In this document: positions 27,964 to 35,731 of the stretch, one piece after another
Numbering within the stretch: position 1 is the stretch's first letter
Layout: every line of letters begins with the position of its first letter
NCBI GenBank assembly: GCA_030668825.1
Contig: DAOVET010000020.1
Location: forward strand, 1 to 38,862
Length of the DNA stretch: 38,862 bases
Direction of reading: 5' to 3'
DNA from: Candidatus Heimdallarchaeota archaeon
Lineage (GTDB): Archaea; Asgardarchaeota; Heimdallarchaeia; Heimdallarchaeales; Heimdallarchaeaceae
The notes under the pieces: generated by a model
The model's input: the letters and a program-made list of their open reading frames with translations, nothing else
Databases searched by the model: none
What the model was told of the DNA's origin: nothing
Translations under genes and position numbers: made by a program

Positions 27964-28001
27964 TGGTCACAGATATTTAAGCTGCTGGTCACTATTGACC
28001 A
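27964..28001 (-). promoter_or_regulatory. Promoter with inverted-repeat operator for the 27928-26812 operon
   Basis: TGGTCA-CTAT-TGACCA at 27986-28001; minus-strand TATA TTAAATAT at 27973-27980; extra TGGTCA half-site at 27964-27969. Confidence 0.7.
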
Positions 28002-28026
28002 CTCATTTTTCATATTCTTAAGTTTT

Positions 28027-29397
28027 TCAGATTAAATGCTTTCTTCTTTCAATAATAACTGAAAGAATTATCGTCAAAATGAAGGTACAAATTGAGAATC
28101 CTAAAGCAAAGCCTAACATTACTGTTAACCCTTTAGACGATTTGTCAGCAGCAAATCCCATTAGCAAGGTTGCTGAGATCGAGCCTGCGATTCCAAGTGT
28201 GTTGAATAGACCAAATGCTGTTGCTCTTCTCATTTTATTTGAGAAAGTTCCAACTAGACCAGTTAGACAAATAGTTGAGATCACATATGTTGGGAAACTA
28301 TAGACTATCAGACCTAGAGTAACATTTAGGGGGAATAATGTCATTAGTAAATAGATGAGTATTTGTAGAAATGTGAAAAAAATAACAGCTGAAGTAATTT
28401 TTCGTATTTTCGCTATTCTTCCTAATAGTATTGATAATACAACTCCAATCGTGGTCGTACCTATTAGAAAATAGCTGAAATACACTGCAGGTGTTCTTAG
28501 AAAATCTATGAAATAGAGAGAAGCATATGACCAAAAACCTCCTGATGTAGCATTTTGAAAGAAAGCAACTAACATTAGAACAACAAAAATAAGTTTAAAC
28601 TCAGTTAGTTTTCCCATTTTCTTTGATTCTTGTTCTTTCGATTTTTTTTTCTCTCTTCTTTCTTCTTTTGTGAAAAGTATAAAAATTGAAGCAATTGCAC
28701 AACTGACTATTGCTATGAATAATTGTACTCCTTGAGCTGGACGATTTACTAATTCATCAGAGAAGAATTTTGAAAGCATACTTGCAAAGTTTAGAATACC
28801 ATTTGTAGGTGTTTGAGCATTCAGATTAATAATTGAACTAACGTTTGAAGAAGAATACCAGTTTAAGCTGAAAGTAGCTGCATTATCGTGAATTAGTGCA
28901 GCAACAGGACTGGCGACTAACCAAGCTAAGCAAAAGGTTGCCGCTATTTCCCCCAAAATTACTCCCTTCTTCTTAGAAGAGGTTAGAGTGGCATAAGAAT
29001 AGATATTTGATGTTTGTCCTGAAATGAAGATGTAACCCACTAGCATCACAGCTAGAAAAGAATATGGATTATCTATGAACATCAAAGTGAAATACATCAA
29101 ACCTGCAGCAATAAATCCCATAAAAACAAATCTTTTGTTTCCAAATTTATCACTCATTATCCCCCATACTGTAGTCCCAATAGCTATCACAAAATAAGGA
29201 ATTATGGCTACAAAACCAAGAATAGAATACTGCTCTACATTAAAAATTTGAGATAACCAAATTGGCGCATATGGTGAAAACATTGCTGTAGATATACTAA
29301 GAAAGAAAATTCCTGTAAGAATTAGAATCTCATTCTTCTCCATGAAAAAGAATTTCTTCTTAGTAATTTCAGTATTCACAGAATTTAAGATTTTCAC
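28027..29397 (-). CDS. Major facilitator superfamily transporter; likely start ATG 29343
   Basis: About 12 TM helices; MFS motif A 'WGIMSDKFGNKR'; C-terminal half 'GFAADKS'. Confidence 0.88.
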   Translation of the reverse strand: MKILNSVNTEITKKKFFFMEKNEILILTGIFFLSISTAMFSPYAPIWLSQIFNVEQYSILGFVAIIPYFVIAIGTTVWGIMSDKFGNKRFVFMGFIAAGLMYFTLMFIDNPYSFLAVMLVGYIFISGQTSNIYSYATLTSSKKKGVILGEIAATFCLAWLVASPVAALIHDNAATFSLNWYSSSNVSSIINLNAQTPTNGILNFASMLSKFFSDELVNRPAQGVQLFIAIVSCAIASIFILFTKEERREKKKSKEQESKKMGKLTEFKLIFVVLMLVAFFQNATSGGFWSYASLYFIDFLRTPAVYFSYFLIGTTTIGVVLSILLGRIAKIRKITSAVIFFTFLQILIYLLMTLFPLNVTLGLIVYSFPTYVISTICLTGLVGTFSNKMRRATAFGLFNTLGIAGSISATLLMGFAADKSSKGLTVMLGFALGFSICTFILTIILSVIIERRKHLI

Positions 29398-29496
29398 AAT
29401 TTTATAAGTCTTATTAAGTATCTTTTAAACTAAACAGAAGCGAAAAGTTGATATTATTATCCATTTATAATCCTATGAAAGAGTGTTCGATCAGCA

Positions 29497-30669
29497 ATGA
29501 GCGATAATGAACCTATTAGTGTTAAAGAAATATTAATTGAGATAAAAACGCTTGCAGAAATATGCGTTGACCTATCGTTTGCATCCTTACTTTATTCTGA
29601 TAAACTAGTAGCTGAACAAGTCCTAATTTTAGAAGAAAAGATAGATAGTTTGTACAAAAATCTATTAGACAGACTGTCAGTATCAATAAAGAGCCTCAAT
29701 CAAGCTGAGCAGCTGAGGATTTATTATATAATCGGTGAGGCTAACAATTTAATATCTGATTCAGCAGCTGATATGGCTTCATTAGTTCTGTTAGATTACG
29801 ATATATCGGATGAGCTTAAACATATTCAACAACACATGGACCAAATCGTTGACCTAATCCGTTTAGATGAAAAGTCCTGTTTATGTGGAAAGTCAGAGAT
29901 TGGAGCAGATTTACATGATCTCATCGGAATTGATGTAATAGGTATTATACGCTCTGAAAATGAACTCTTGCTTCACTATGATGAAGTGATGATGGCAGGG
30001 GATCTACTCATCTTTAGAGGTCCTTTAGAAAACGTTAATCAATTCATAGAATTAGCAAGCGGAAGAATTAAGTCAGTCGAAGAAGCGAGAGAAAAGATTA
30101 TTTCTGAAGATTTAGACTATCCAAAAGATGAATTGAAGTATCATCAAGACTTGTTAGTTACAATGAAAGAATCAGCTGAGTTAATTGTGGATTTAGCTTA
30201 TCTTTATGCATTAGAAGATTTACCTGAAGTGAAGAATTTAATCATAACAACTGAAGACAAAGTAGACAAACTACAATTCGAGCTCATTGAAGAAGTTCTA
30301 CGATTGTATAAGCAAGATTTAATGAATGATAAAACACTCATGGCTTATCTAAGAATGGCAGATTCTTTTGAGGAAATAGCTGATGCAGCAACAAAAATAG
30401 CTTTTGGAGTTACAATGAGACATAAACCTTATTCACTTCTAGAAGATGTTGTAAATGATTCGTCTGAAGCATTAGATTACATTCATGTTGCGAGAGGTTC
30501 TCCCTATATTGGAATGACTGTACGAGAAGCTGAATTAGCAGATGATTTCTTTCAAATATTAGCCTTAAGAAAGAAAGGGCAATATTTCTTCTTTCCCAAA
30601 GATGAAGCAAAGATTCATTTAGGTGATGCTTTACTTATCAAAGAATATTCTAGTCCTGAAGATGAATAA
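29497..30669 (+). CDS. Tandem (PhoU-like plus TrkA-C) x2 protein
   Basis: Two repeats: 'LIEIKTLAEICVDLSFASL...LEEKID...ISDSAADMA' and 'LVTMKESAELIVDLAY...TEDKVD...EIADAATKIA', each followed by an RCK-C domain ('VIGIIR...GDLLI', 'ILALRK...GDALL'). Confidence 0.85.
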   Translation: MSDNEPISVKEILIEIKTLAEICVDLSFASLLYSDKLVAEQVLILEEKIDSLYKNLLDRLSVSIKSLNQAEQLRIYYIIGEANNLISDSAADMASLVLLDYDISDELKHIQQHMDQIVDLIRLDEKSCLCGKSEIGADLHDLIGIDVIGIIRSENELLLHYDEVMMAGDLLIFRGPLENVNQFIELASGRIKSVEEAREKIISEDLDYPKDELKYHQDLLVTMKESAELIVDLAYLYALEDLPEVKNLIITTEDKVDKLQFELIEEVLRLYKQDLMNDKTLMAYLRMADSFEEIADAATKIAFGVTMRHKPYSLLEDVVNDSSEALDYIHVARGSPYIGMTVREAELADDFFQILALRKKGQYFFFPKDEAKIHLGDALLIKEYSSPEDE

Positions 30670-30670
30670 A

Positions 30671-31501
30671 TTAAAGCAGAAGTTTTAACCACTCAACTAG
30701 ATCAGAAAAAGCTTGATCTCTTTTTTCTTTAGTTTCTGTATACATTTCATGTTTAGAATCGTTATACATTTTTACTGTAACATCTGAATTTTCCAAATCA
30801 TCAATTAACTCGTCCAGATCAACTATCATTGTGTCAAGTTCTCCTTTTTGGATTAGTACTGGAATCTTTATTGAACTGATTTTATCTTTTACATCTTTGT
30901 AGTGATCGATCAAATTCAAACCATAAGCTGCTGAAGCTTGTTTGTAATTGATTAAAGGATCATTAACATAATCCTGAACAGATTCTGGATCCGAGGATAT
31001 TTCTTCAGGTATAATCCCAGCAGGACCTTTAAAAGTTGGAAGAATTTTATTCATAAGCCTTGCAAGAATATTAAGAGCTGGAGGTAAAGGTGGAATTCTA
31101 GCACCAGATCCTGATAAAACCAATCCAGTTATCTCCTCTTGATGTTTGATTGCATAACGTTGTGCAACTAATGATCCCATTGAATGACCTATAACAACAA
31201 TTGGTACATCTTTATGATTTTTTTCTATAATTTTTGTTAAACTAAAACAATCGACAACATAATCATCAAGGCTTTTGATATGATTTCTTCTTCCTTCACT
31301 CTTTCCATGACCTCTATGATCATTCCCATAAACTGCAAATCCATTGTCTGTAAGGTATTTCACAAGATGCTTATACCTTCCTGTGTGTTCAACTCCCCCA
31401 TGAATTATTTGAATAATTGCTTTAGGTTCCTTATGAATCCAAGCTTGATAGAATATCCTGTGGTTTTTTCCACCTACAAAATAATCTTCTTTATGCTCCA
31501 T
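30671..31501 (-). CDS. Alpha/beta hydrolase (lysophospholipase/monoglyceride lipase family)
   Basis: 'IIHGGVEHTGRY', 'DHRGHGKSEG', nucleophile GHSMG, 'GELDTMI', 'SKHEM'. Confidence 0.92.
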   Translation of the reverse strand: MEHKEDYFVGGKNHRIFYQAWIHKEPKAIIQIIHGGVEHTGRYKHLVKYLTDNGFAVYGNDHRGHGKSEGRRNHIKSLDDYVVDCFSLTKIIEKNHKDVPIVVIGHSMGSLVAQRYAIKHQEEITGLVLSGSGARIPPLPPALNILARLMNKILPTFKGPAGIIPEEISSDPESVQDYVNDPLINYKQASAAYGLNLIDHYKDVKDKISSIKIPVLIQKGELDTMIVDLDELIDDLENSDVTVKMYNDSKHEMYTETKEKRDQAFSDLVEWLKLLL

Positions 31502-31504
31502 GAT

Positions 31505-31650
31505 TTGATTTTGTCATACAGGCATATGAACATTATCATTCTTAGAGAGTCATTGCTGGATAGCTCACTCTAAGCGGGTAAACCACATACCCTCCTACCC
31601 CGCCCACACTTCGAGAGGGAAGTGCTTGCGGATCGCCTTTCAGTAAAATG
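31505..31650 (-). ncRNA. Predicted omegaRNA (reRNA) scaffold overlapping the tnpB 3' end; boundaries approximate
   Basis: TnpB omegaRNAs are known to derive from this position; stems CTTAGAG/CTCTAAG and TGTTCATAT-GCCT-GTATGACA are visible; the TnpB C-terminal tail (SVGGVGGYVVYP) is GC-rich as expected for overlap. Confidence 0.5.
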
Positions 31651-32798
31651 TTAAATGCAGCATTAACATCAGCATTGATCAGAACGTTAGTACTTGAACT
31701 GAAGAGTCCTCGTTTAACCCTTTTTCCCTGGTAGCTTACTTGTTTTTGAGGGTGCTCATTATCGAGAAAACTACATTTGGACGTATAGGACTCTTCCACT
31801 AGCTCCACTATTATCCCCTTCTCCTCAGCTTTATACAGAAAGAGGGAAATGAGTTTGACGAAGGGAACCATAACAAACAGTTGGGTAGTTTTCTTCCTTA
31901 ACCTCAATTGTTGTTTCCACAGAGGATTGTAGCCAATGTAAATGGTATGTAATCTTCTCTTGTCGCACACATCGACTAAGAATCTGCTGACCTTATGAAG
32001 CCAATCCTGGGTTTTCCATCTCCACTGTTGACGGAGGTGATGAAATCTTTTCCCATATACTAATTTCTTCTGCTTTTTAAGCTGTTTTCGCTGTTGTTTT
32101 GTGTACTGTTGCTGTATTCTTTTTACTTCTTTCAGATAATATTGCGTTATTGATTTTATCCCTTTTCCCTCGTCCTTGATGACAATCGGTTGTGAACCGA
32201 TGTTATCCACGAAAGTGACGAGGTTGGTTAACCCTAAATCGATAGCACCCTTTCTAGATGGAGATTTCTTCTTAAGTTTTGGAAGATATTTGGTGTAAAC
32301 TACTTCAACGGTATAGCCCACTCCTCGAGGTACAATTCGCACCTCTCGCAGATCATCATGTGCTGTCAACCTTGTTTTGATGGTGAACTTTACCTTCTTG
32401 GGCAGTTGCAACCACCCATTGACAATTTTTGCCTGTTGATTACTAATGATAGCAACCGTTTCAGCTTTAGGTCGTCTAAAGTGAGGAGGAAGAGGTTTAT
32501 TGATAAACTTCCAGGGTTTCTTCTTCCATTCTTGCATCGCTTGAAAAAACGCTTTCCAGTTGCGAGTAAGGAGTTTGAGTGTGTGTTGAGCGGTATGAGC
32601 AGGTAAGACCCTATAGCACTCTTCTCCTTTCAATGTTCGATCAAGATCAACATAGGAGGGAATGCTTCCCTTAGCTTTCCTCTGCTCTTTTATCAGAAAA
32701 TTTGCTCGATTATAGAGGTTTTTAGTCAGATGGCAAAGTCTACTTAGCTCCTTATTGAGCTTTACTTCCATCAATTCAGTTCGTAAGACTTTCACCAT
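31542..32798 (-). CDS. tnpB: RNA-guided endonuclease TnpB
   Basis: 'KNLYNRAN', 'EVRIVP', RuvC-I 'GAIDLGLTNL', 'LHKVSR', 'IGYNPLWKQ', 'YKAEEKGI...EESYTSKCS', RuvC-III 'INADVNAAFNI'. Confidence 0.95.
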   Translation of the reverse strand: MVKVLRTELMEVKLNKELSRLCHLTKNLYNRANFLIKEQRKAKGSIPSYVDLDRTLKGEECYRVLPAHTAQHTLKLLTRNWKAFFQAMQEWKKKPWKFINKPLPPHFRRPKAETVAIISNQQAKIVNGWLQLPKKVKFTIKTRLTAHDDLREVRIVPRGVGYTVEVVYTKYLPKLKKKSPSRKGAIDLGLTNLVTFVDNIGSQPIVIKDEGKGIKSITQYYLKEVKRIQQQYTKQQRKQLKKQKKLVYGKRFHHLRQQWRWKTQDWLHKVSRFLVDVCDKRRLHTIYIGYNPLWKQQLRLRKKTTQLFVMVPFVKLISLFLYKAEEKGIIVELVEESYTSKCSFLDNEHPQKQVSYQGKRVKRGLFSSSTNVLINADVNAAFNILLKGDPQALPSRSVGGVGGYVVYPLRVSYPAMTL

Positions 32799-32902
32799 TG
32801 TTTTCTTGTCTACATTTGCTTATATAAACTCAGAAAAAAAGTTAATATGTCTATATAATAGAAAAATTTATAAAAAAAATAATAAGAAAGTACTCTTTAA
32901 AT

Positions 32903-33802
32903 CTAATTGTCCAATTTAGTTCTTTCTAAAACAAAATTGCTAAGTTTAATTAACATATTCTGAATTTTTTGAACTTCTTTATCTTCTGAATCGATTTCGA
33001 GTACTGATTTCTTTTCAATCATAGCTTCAACAAAAACGGGATTATAGGGTATCTTCTCTATTATCGGAAATGTTTCTTGAAATTCTTTTTCTATTTTATG
33101 TGAAATATCCTCATTTATGTCAGATTGGTTAATAATAATGTATCCTGGGATTTTGAATATTTTCAACAGCTGTAGTATCCTATCTAAATCATGATAACCT
33201 GATAGTGTAGGTTCTGTAACAACTAGTGCAAGATCAGCTCCAACTAATGAACTGACTACTGGACAACCTATTCCTGGAGAACCATCAATTAGGACTAGTT
33301 TACGCTCTTGTTCCTCAGCTGTTTGTTTTGCAACTTTTCTTACTTCTGCAACTAACAAACCTGAGCTTTCCTCTCCAGGATAGAGTCTTGCGTGAATCAT
33401 CTTTCCAATTCGAGTGTCAGAAATATAGTATTGACCAGATATGTTGTCTAACATTTCTATTGCTGAAACTGGGCACATATGATAACAAGCTGCACATCCT
33501 TCACATTTAGTTGGATTTACTATGAAATCTTCAGATATTGAATCAAATCTACAAGTTTCTAAACAAATCCCACACTCTGTACATAAGTCTAAATCAATTT
33601 TAGCTTTCTTTAATCCTTCAAAATCGAAAGAAACAGTTTTGACTGGCTCAAATATTAGATATAAATCAGCTGCGTCTACATCAGCATCTGCAAGAATAAT
33701 CTTATCTTGAAGATTGCTAGCTAAAGCTGCAATAATTGAACTTTTTCCTGTTCCTCCCTTTCCAGAAATAACTGTTAATTGTCTGATTTTCTCCTCTTTC
33801 AT
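32903..33802 (-). CDS. MinD-superfamily P-loop ATPase with inserted 2x[4Fe-4S] ferredoxin domain
   Basis: 'SGKGGTGKS', 'DADVDA', CTECGICLETC and CEGCAACYHMCP, 'DGSPGIGCP', 'VTEPT'. Confidence 0.93.
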   Translation of the reverse strand: MKEEKIRQLTVISGKGGTGKSSIIAALASNLQDKIILADADVDAADLYLIFEPVKTVSFDFEGLKKAKIDLDLCTECGICLETCRFDSISEDFIVNPTKCEGCAACYHMCPVSAIEMLDNISGQYYISDTRIGKMIHARLYPGEESSGLLVAEVRKVAKQTAEEQERKLVLIDGSPGIGCPVVSSLVGADLALVVTEPTLSGYHDLDRILQLLKIFKIPGYIIINQSDINEDISHKIEKEFQETFPIIEKIPYNPVFVEAMIEKKSVLEIDSEDKEVQKIQNMLIKLSNFVLERTKLDN

Positions 33803-34635
33803 TGTAAAGCCTCCCTTATATCAACAATCATTTGTTTAAGTTTTGAATCCATTCCAGGTAGAACATTTAAGAAAGGAATTCCTTTTGAATAGTTTTTAGC
33901 TATTTCTAGATTGAAAGGAATTTTGAGAAGAACAGGTATTTCTTCCTTTTGACAGAACAATTCTAATTCTTCGTTTCCTACTCCTTCTTTGTTTATAACT
34001 ACTCCAAACTTCTTTTCCAGAATCCTTAACGTTTTTACAACCATTTTCATATCAGAAAGCCCAAATGGTGTTGGTTCGCTGACTAAAATGACATAATCTG
34101 AATCAATAACCGTTTCAACCATTGGACAAGAAGATCCAGGGGGTGAATCAATCACGATAATAGGTTTATCTTTAGAGATTAATTGTTTTAACTGAGAAAT
34201 TACAGGTGTCGATAATTCTTCACCTACTATTAATGCCCCGTAATTAAAGAGAAAATCTTTATTTTCACCTTCGTATAGATAACCAATGGTTCTAGGTACT
34301 TCAGTGATAGCATTTTCAGGACATATTTTGCTACATAATCCGCACCCATGACACATTTTTTCAAAAACAAGAATCTGATCCGGAACTTTCATAAGTGCAT
34401 TATATTCACAATTTGAACTACACACACCACATAAAGTGCACAAATCGTAATTAATCTCAGGAATAGGAATCTTTGCTTCTGCTACTAGCTTAGTTTTTAA
34501 GTCTAGAAATAGAGAACAATTAGGTTCATCAACATCTGCATCAAGAAGCTGAACGTTCTCTAATGTCATAGCTAAACTAACAGCAAGAGAGGTTTTTCCA
34601 GTTCCTCCTTTGCCGGAAACTATTGTTATTTGCAT
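33799..34635 (-). CDS. MinD-superfamily P-loop ATPase with inserted ferredoxin domain (second paralog)
   Basis: 'SGKGGTGKT', 'DADVDEPN', CTLCGVCSSNC and CHGCGLCSKICP, 'DSPPGSSCP', 'EPTPFG'; ATGA overlap with the next gene. Confidence 0.93.
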   Translation of the reverse strand: MQITIVSGKGGTGKTSLAVSLAMTLENVQLLDADVDEPNCSLFLDLKTKLVAEAKIPIPEINYDLCTLCGVCSSNCEYNALMKVPDQILVFEKMCHGCGLCSKICPENAITEVPRTIGYLYEGENKDFLFNYGALIVGEELSTPVISQLKQLISKDKPIIVIDSPPGSSCPMVETVIDSDYVILVSEPTPFGLSDMKMVVKTLRILEKKFGVVINKEGVGNEELELFCQKEEIPVLLKIPFNLEIAKNYSKGIPFLNVLPGMDSKLKQMIVDIREALQ

Positions 34636-34652
34636 TAGTTGTTTCCTTCAGT

Positions 34653-35009
34653 TTAGTGTTTACATCCGTCGTCATGTGTAGCTTTGTGCAATTTGCCTTC
34701 CTTAAAGAAATCAATAGTTTCTTTGAGTGTCCCCACTGCACCCATATACACTTGTAATCCAAGCTGTGCTCCTAAAGCAACTGCTCTAGCACCAGCTCCT
34801 TTACAAAATACTCCATTACATTTGTCAGCTAAAAACTCCATTGGAAGCCCAACACCACCTTTGTGATCGCTTCTGTTTTCAATCATATTTATTGTGTCTG
34901 TTTCTTCATCCCATATAGCAAAATAGGGAACATGTCCAAAGTGTTGGCCTACAATAGAATTCCAATGATCATTGTTATCTAAAGGTACTGCATATTTCAT
35001 TTTTTTCAC
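34653..35009 (-). CDS. NifB/NifX (MTH1175-like) family protein
   Basis: 'YAVP...HFGHVPYFAI...IEN', Gly-rich 'GAGARA'; His/Cys tail 'HDDGCKH'. Confidence 0.88.
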   Translation of the reverse strand: MKKMKYAVPLDNNDHWNSIVGQHFGHVPYFAIWDEETDTINMIENRSDHKGGVGLPMEFLADKCNGVFCKGAGARAVALGAQLGLQVYMGAVGTLKETIDFFKEGKLHKATHDDGCKH

Positions 35010-35348
35010 CTATAATTTTCTTAATTCATCTTTTTTCCATTTATCTATTAAATTTTTGACAGGAATTGGTTCTCCCTGAAAAATTGTTATTTGCGCTGCT
35101 CGAAGTGCACCGTCTGCATTGGGTCCCAATTGAGGGACTATCACAGATTGAATTTGCTTACTACTAAGAAACTCAACAGCTCTCGGACCTGCTCCGCCTC
35201 GTGCTCCAACTGCTGGGTTAGCAACCACAACAGATGAATCATTTTCTGTATCAAAAATGCAGAAGTAGCTAGCTCGTCCAAATCTTTCAAACATTATTGG
35301 ATTATCAATTTTCGATGATACTGGTATAGCAATTTTCAAATTATTCAT
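35010..35348 (-). CDS. NifB/NifX (MTH1175/orange-protein-like) family protein; start placed at ATG 35348 rather than 35408
   Basis: 'KIAIP...RFGRASYF...NPAVGARGGAGPRAVEFL...GPNA'; ATG 35348 overlaps the upstream gene's end by 8 nt. Confidence 0.88.
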   Translation of the reverse strand: MNNLKIAIPVSSKIDNPIMFERFGRASYFCIFDTENDSSVVVANPAVGARGGAGPRAVEFLSSKQIQSVIVPQLGPNADGALRAAQITIFQGEPIPVKNLIDKWKKDELRKL

Positions 35349-35637
35349 CTTCCTTTTCTTCAGGCTCTTCAAACAAAATAGCTTTTGTTTTGAAAAATGC
35401 ATCAGCAATTTTAGAATGAGCAGAAGCTAAATCCCGACTGAAAGAAGCCTGAGATATACCCATCTTTTGAGCAGCAGAATTCTGTTTAATAGAGAGAAAA
35501 TCAGAATAATAAAGAGCTGTGATTTCCTCTTTGGTTAAAGTAATCTGTTCTAAATCTTTCATGGGTACAGCTAAAGGCTTAAAGACAAGTCCTTCATAAC
35601 TAATGCAACGTCGCTCTATTTTGCGATTCTGAACCAT
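35341..35637 (-). CDS. DUF134-family HTH protein
   Basis: 'FKPLAVPMKDLEQITLTKEE...QNSAAQKMGISQASFSRDLASAHSKIADA' is the DUF134 pattern; heads a NifX/ATPase operon. Confidence 0.88.
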   Translation of the reverse strand: MVQNRKIERRCISYEGLVFKPLAVPMKDLEQITLTKEEITALYYSDFLSIKQNSAAQKMGISQASFSRDLASAHSKIADAFFKTKAILFEEPEEKEDE

Positions 35638-35731
35638 GATTAAGGTTTTATCTAATTAACTATATAAATTTGTAGGTATGAATAATTATTCATGGGATTT
35701 GATTCATGACAATTAGAAAGATTTATCATAA

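Larger units (their letters stand above)
31505..32900 (-). mobile_element. IS200/IS605-superfamily element carrying tnpB only; ends approximate
   Basis: tnpB is visibly more GC-rich than the flanks; no tnpA in the about 100-nt upstream gap; hairpins at 31512-31532 and 31541-31574 followed by TCAA (minus strand, 31508-31505) as a candidate right end. The left end cannot be defined by eye. Confidence 0.6.

Noticed and set aside
24181-32798. RNase III and TnpB as a linked CRISPR-like or Cas12 system
   Set aside because: No repeat-spacer array or cas genes; the two are over 6 kb apart with unrelated genes between.
942-34866. Short ORF-track entries antisense to or nested in confident genes (e.g. 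942-1196, 3277-3570, 6815-7060, 13364-13627, 16720-17151, 18634-18990, 26900-27208, 31280-31573, 32358-32606, 34684-34866)
   Set aside because: Shadow frames of well-supported genes, with no motifs of their own.
34653-35348. Nitrogen fixation genes
   Set aside because: Stand-alone NifX-like domains are common in non-diazotrophs; no nifHDK here, and the ATPases are ferredoxin-inserted MinD-like, not NifH.
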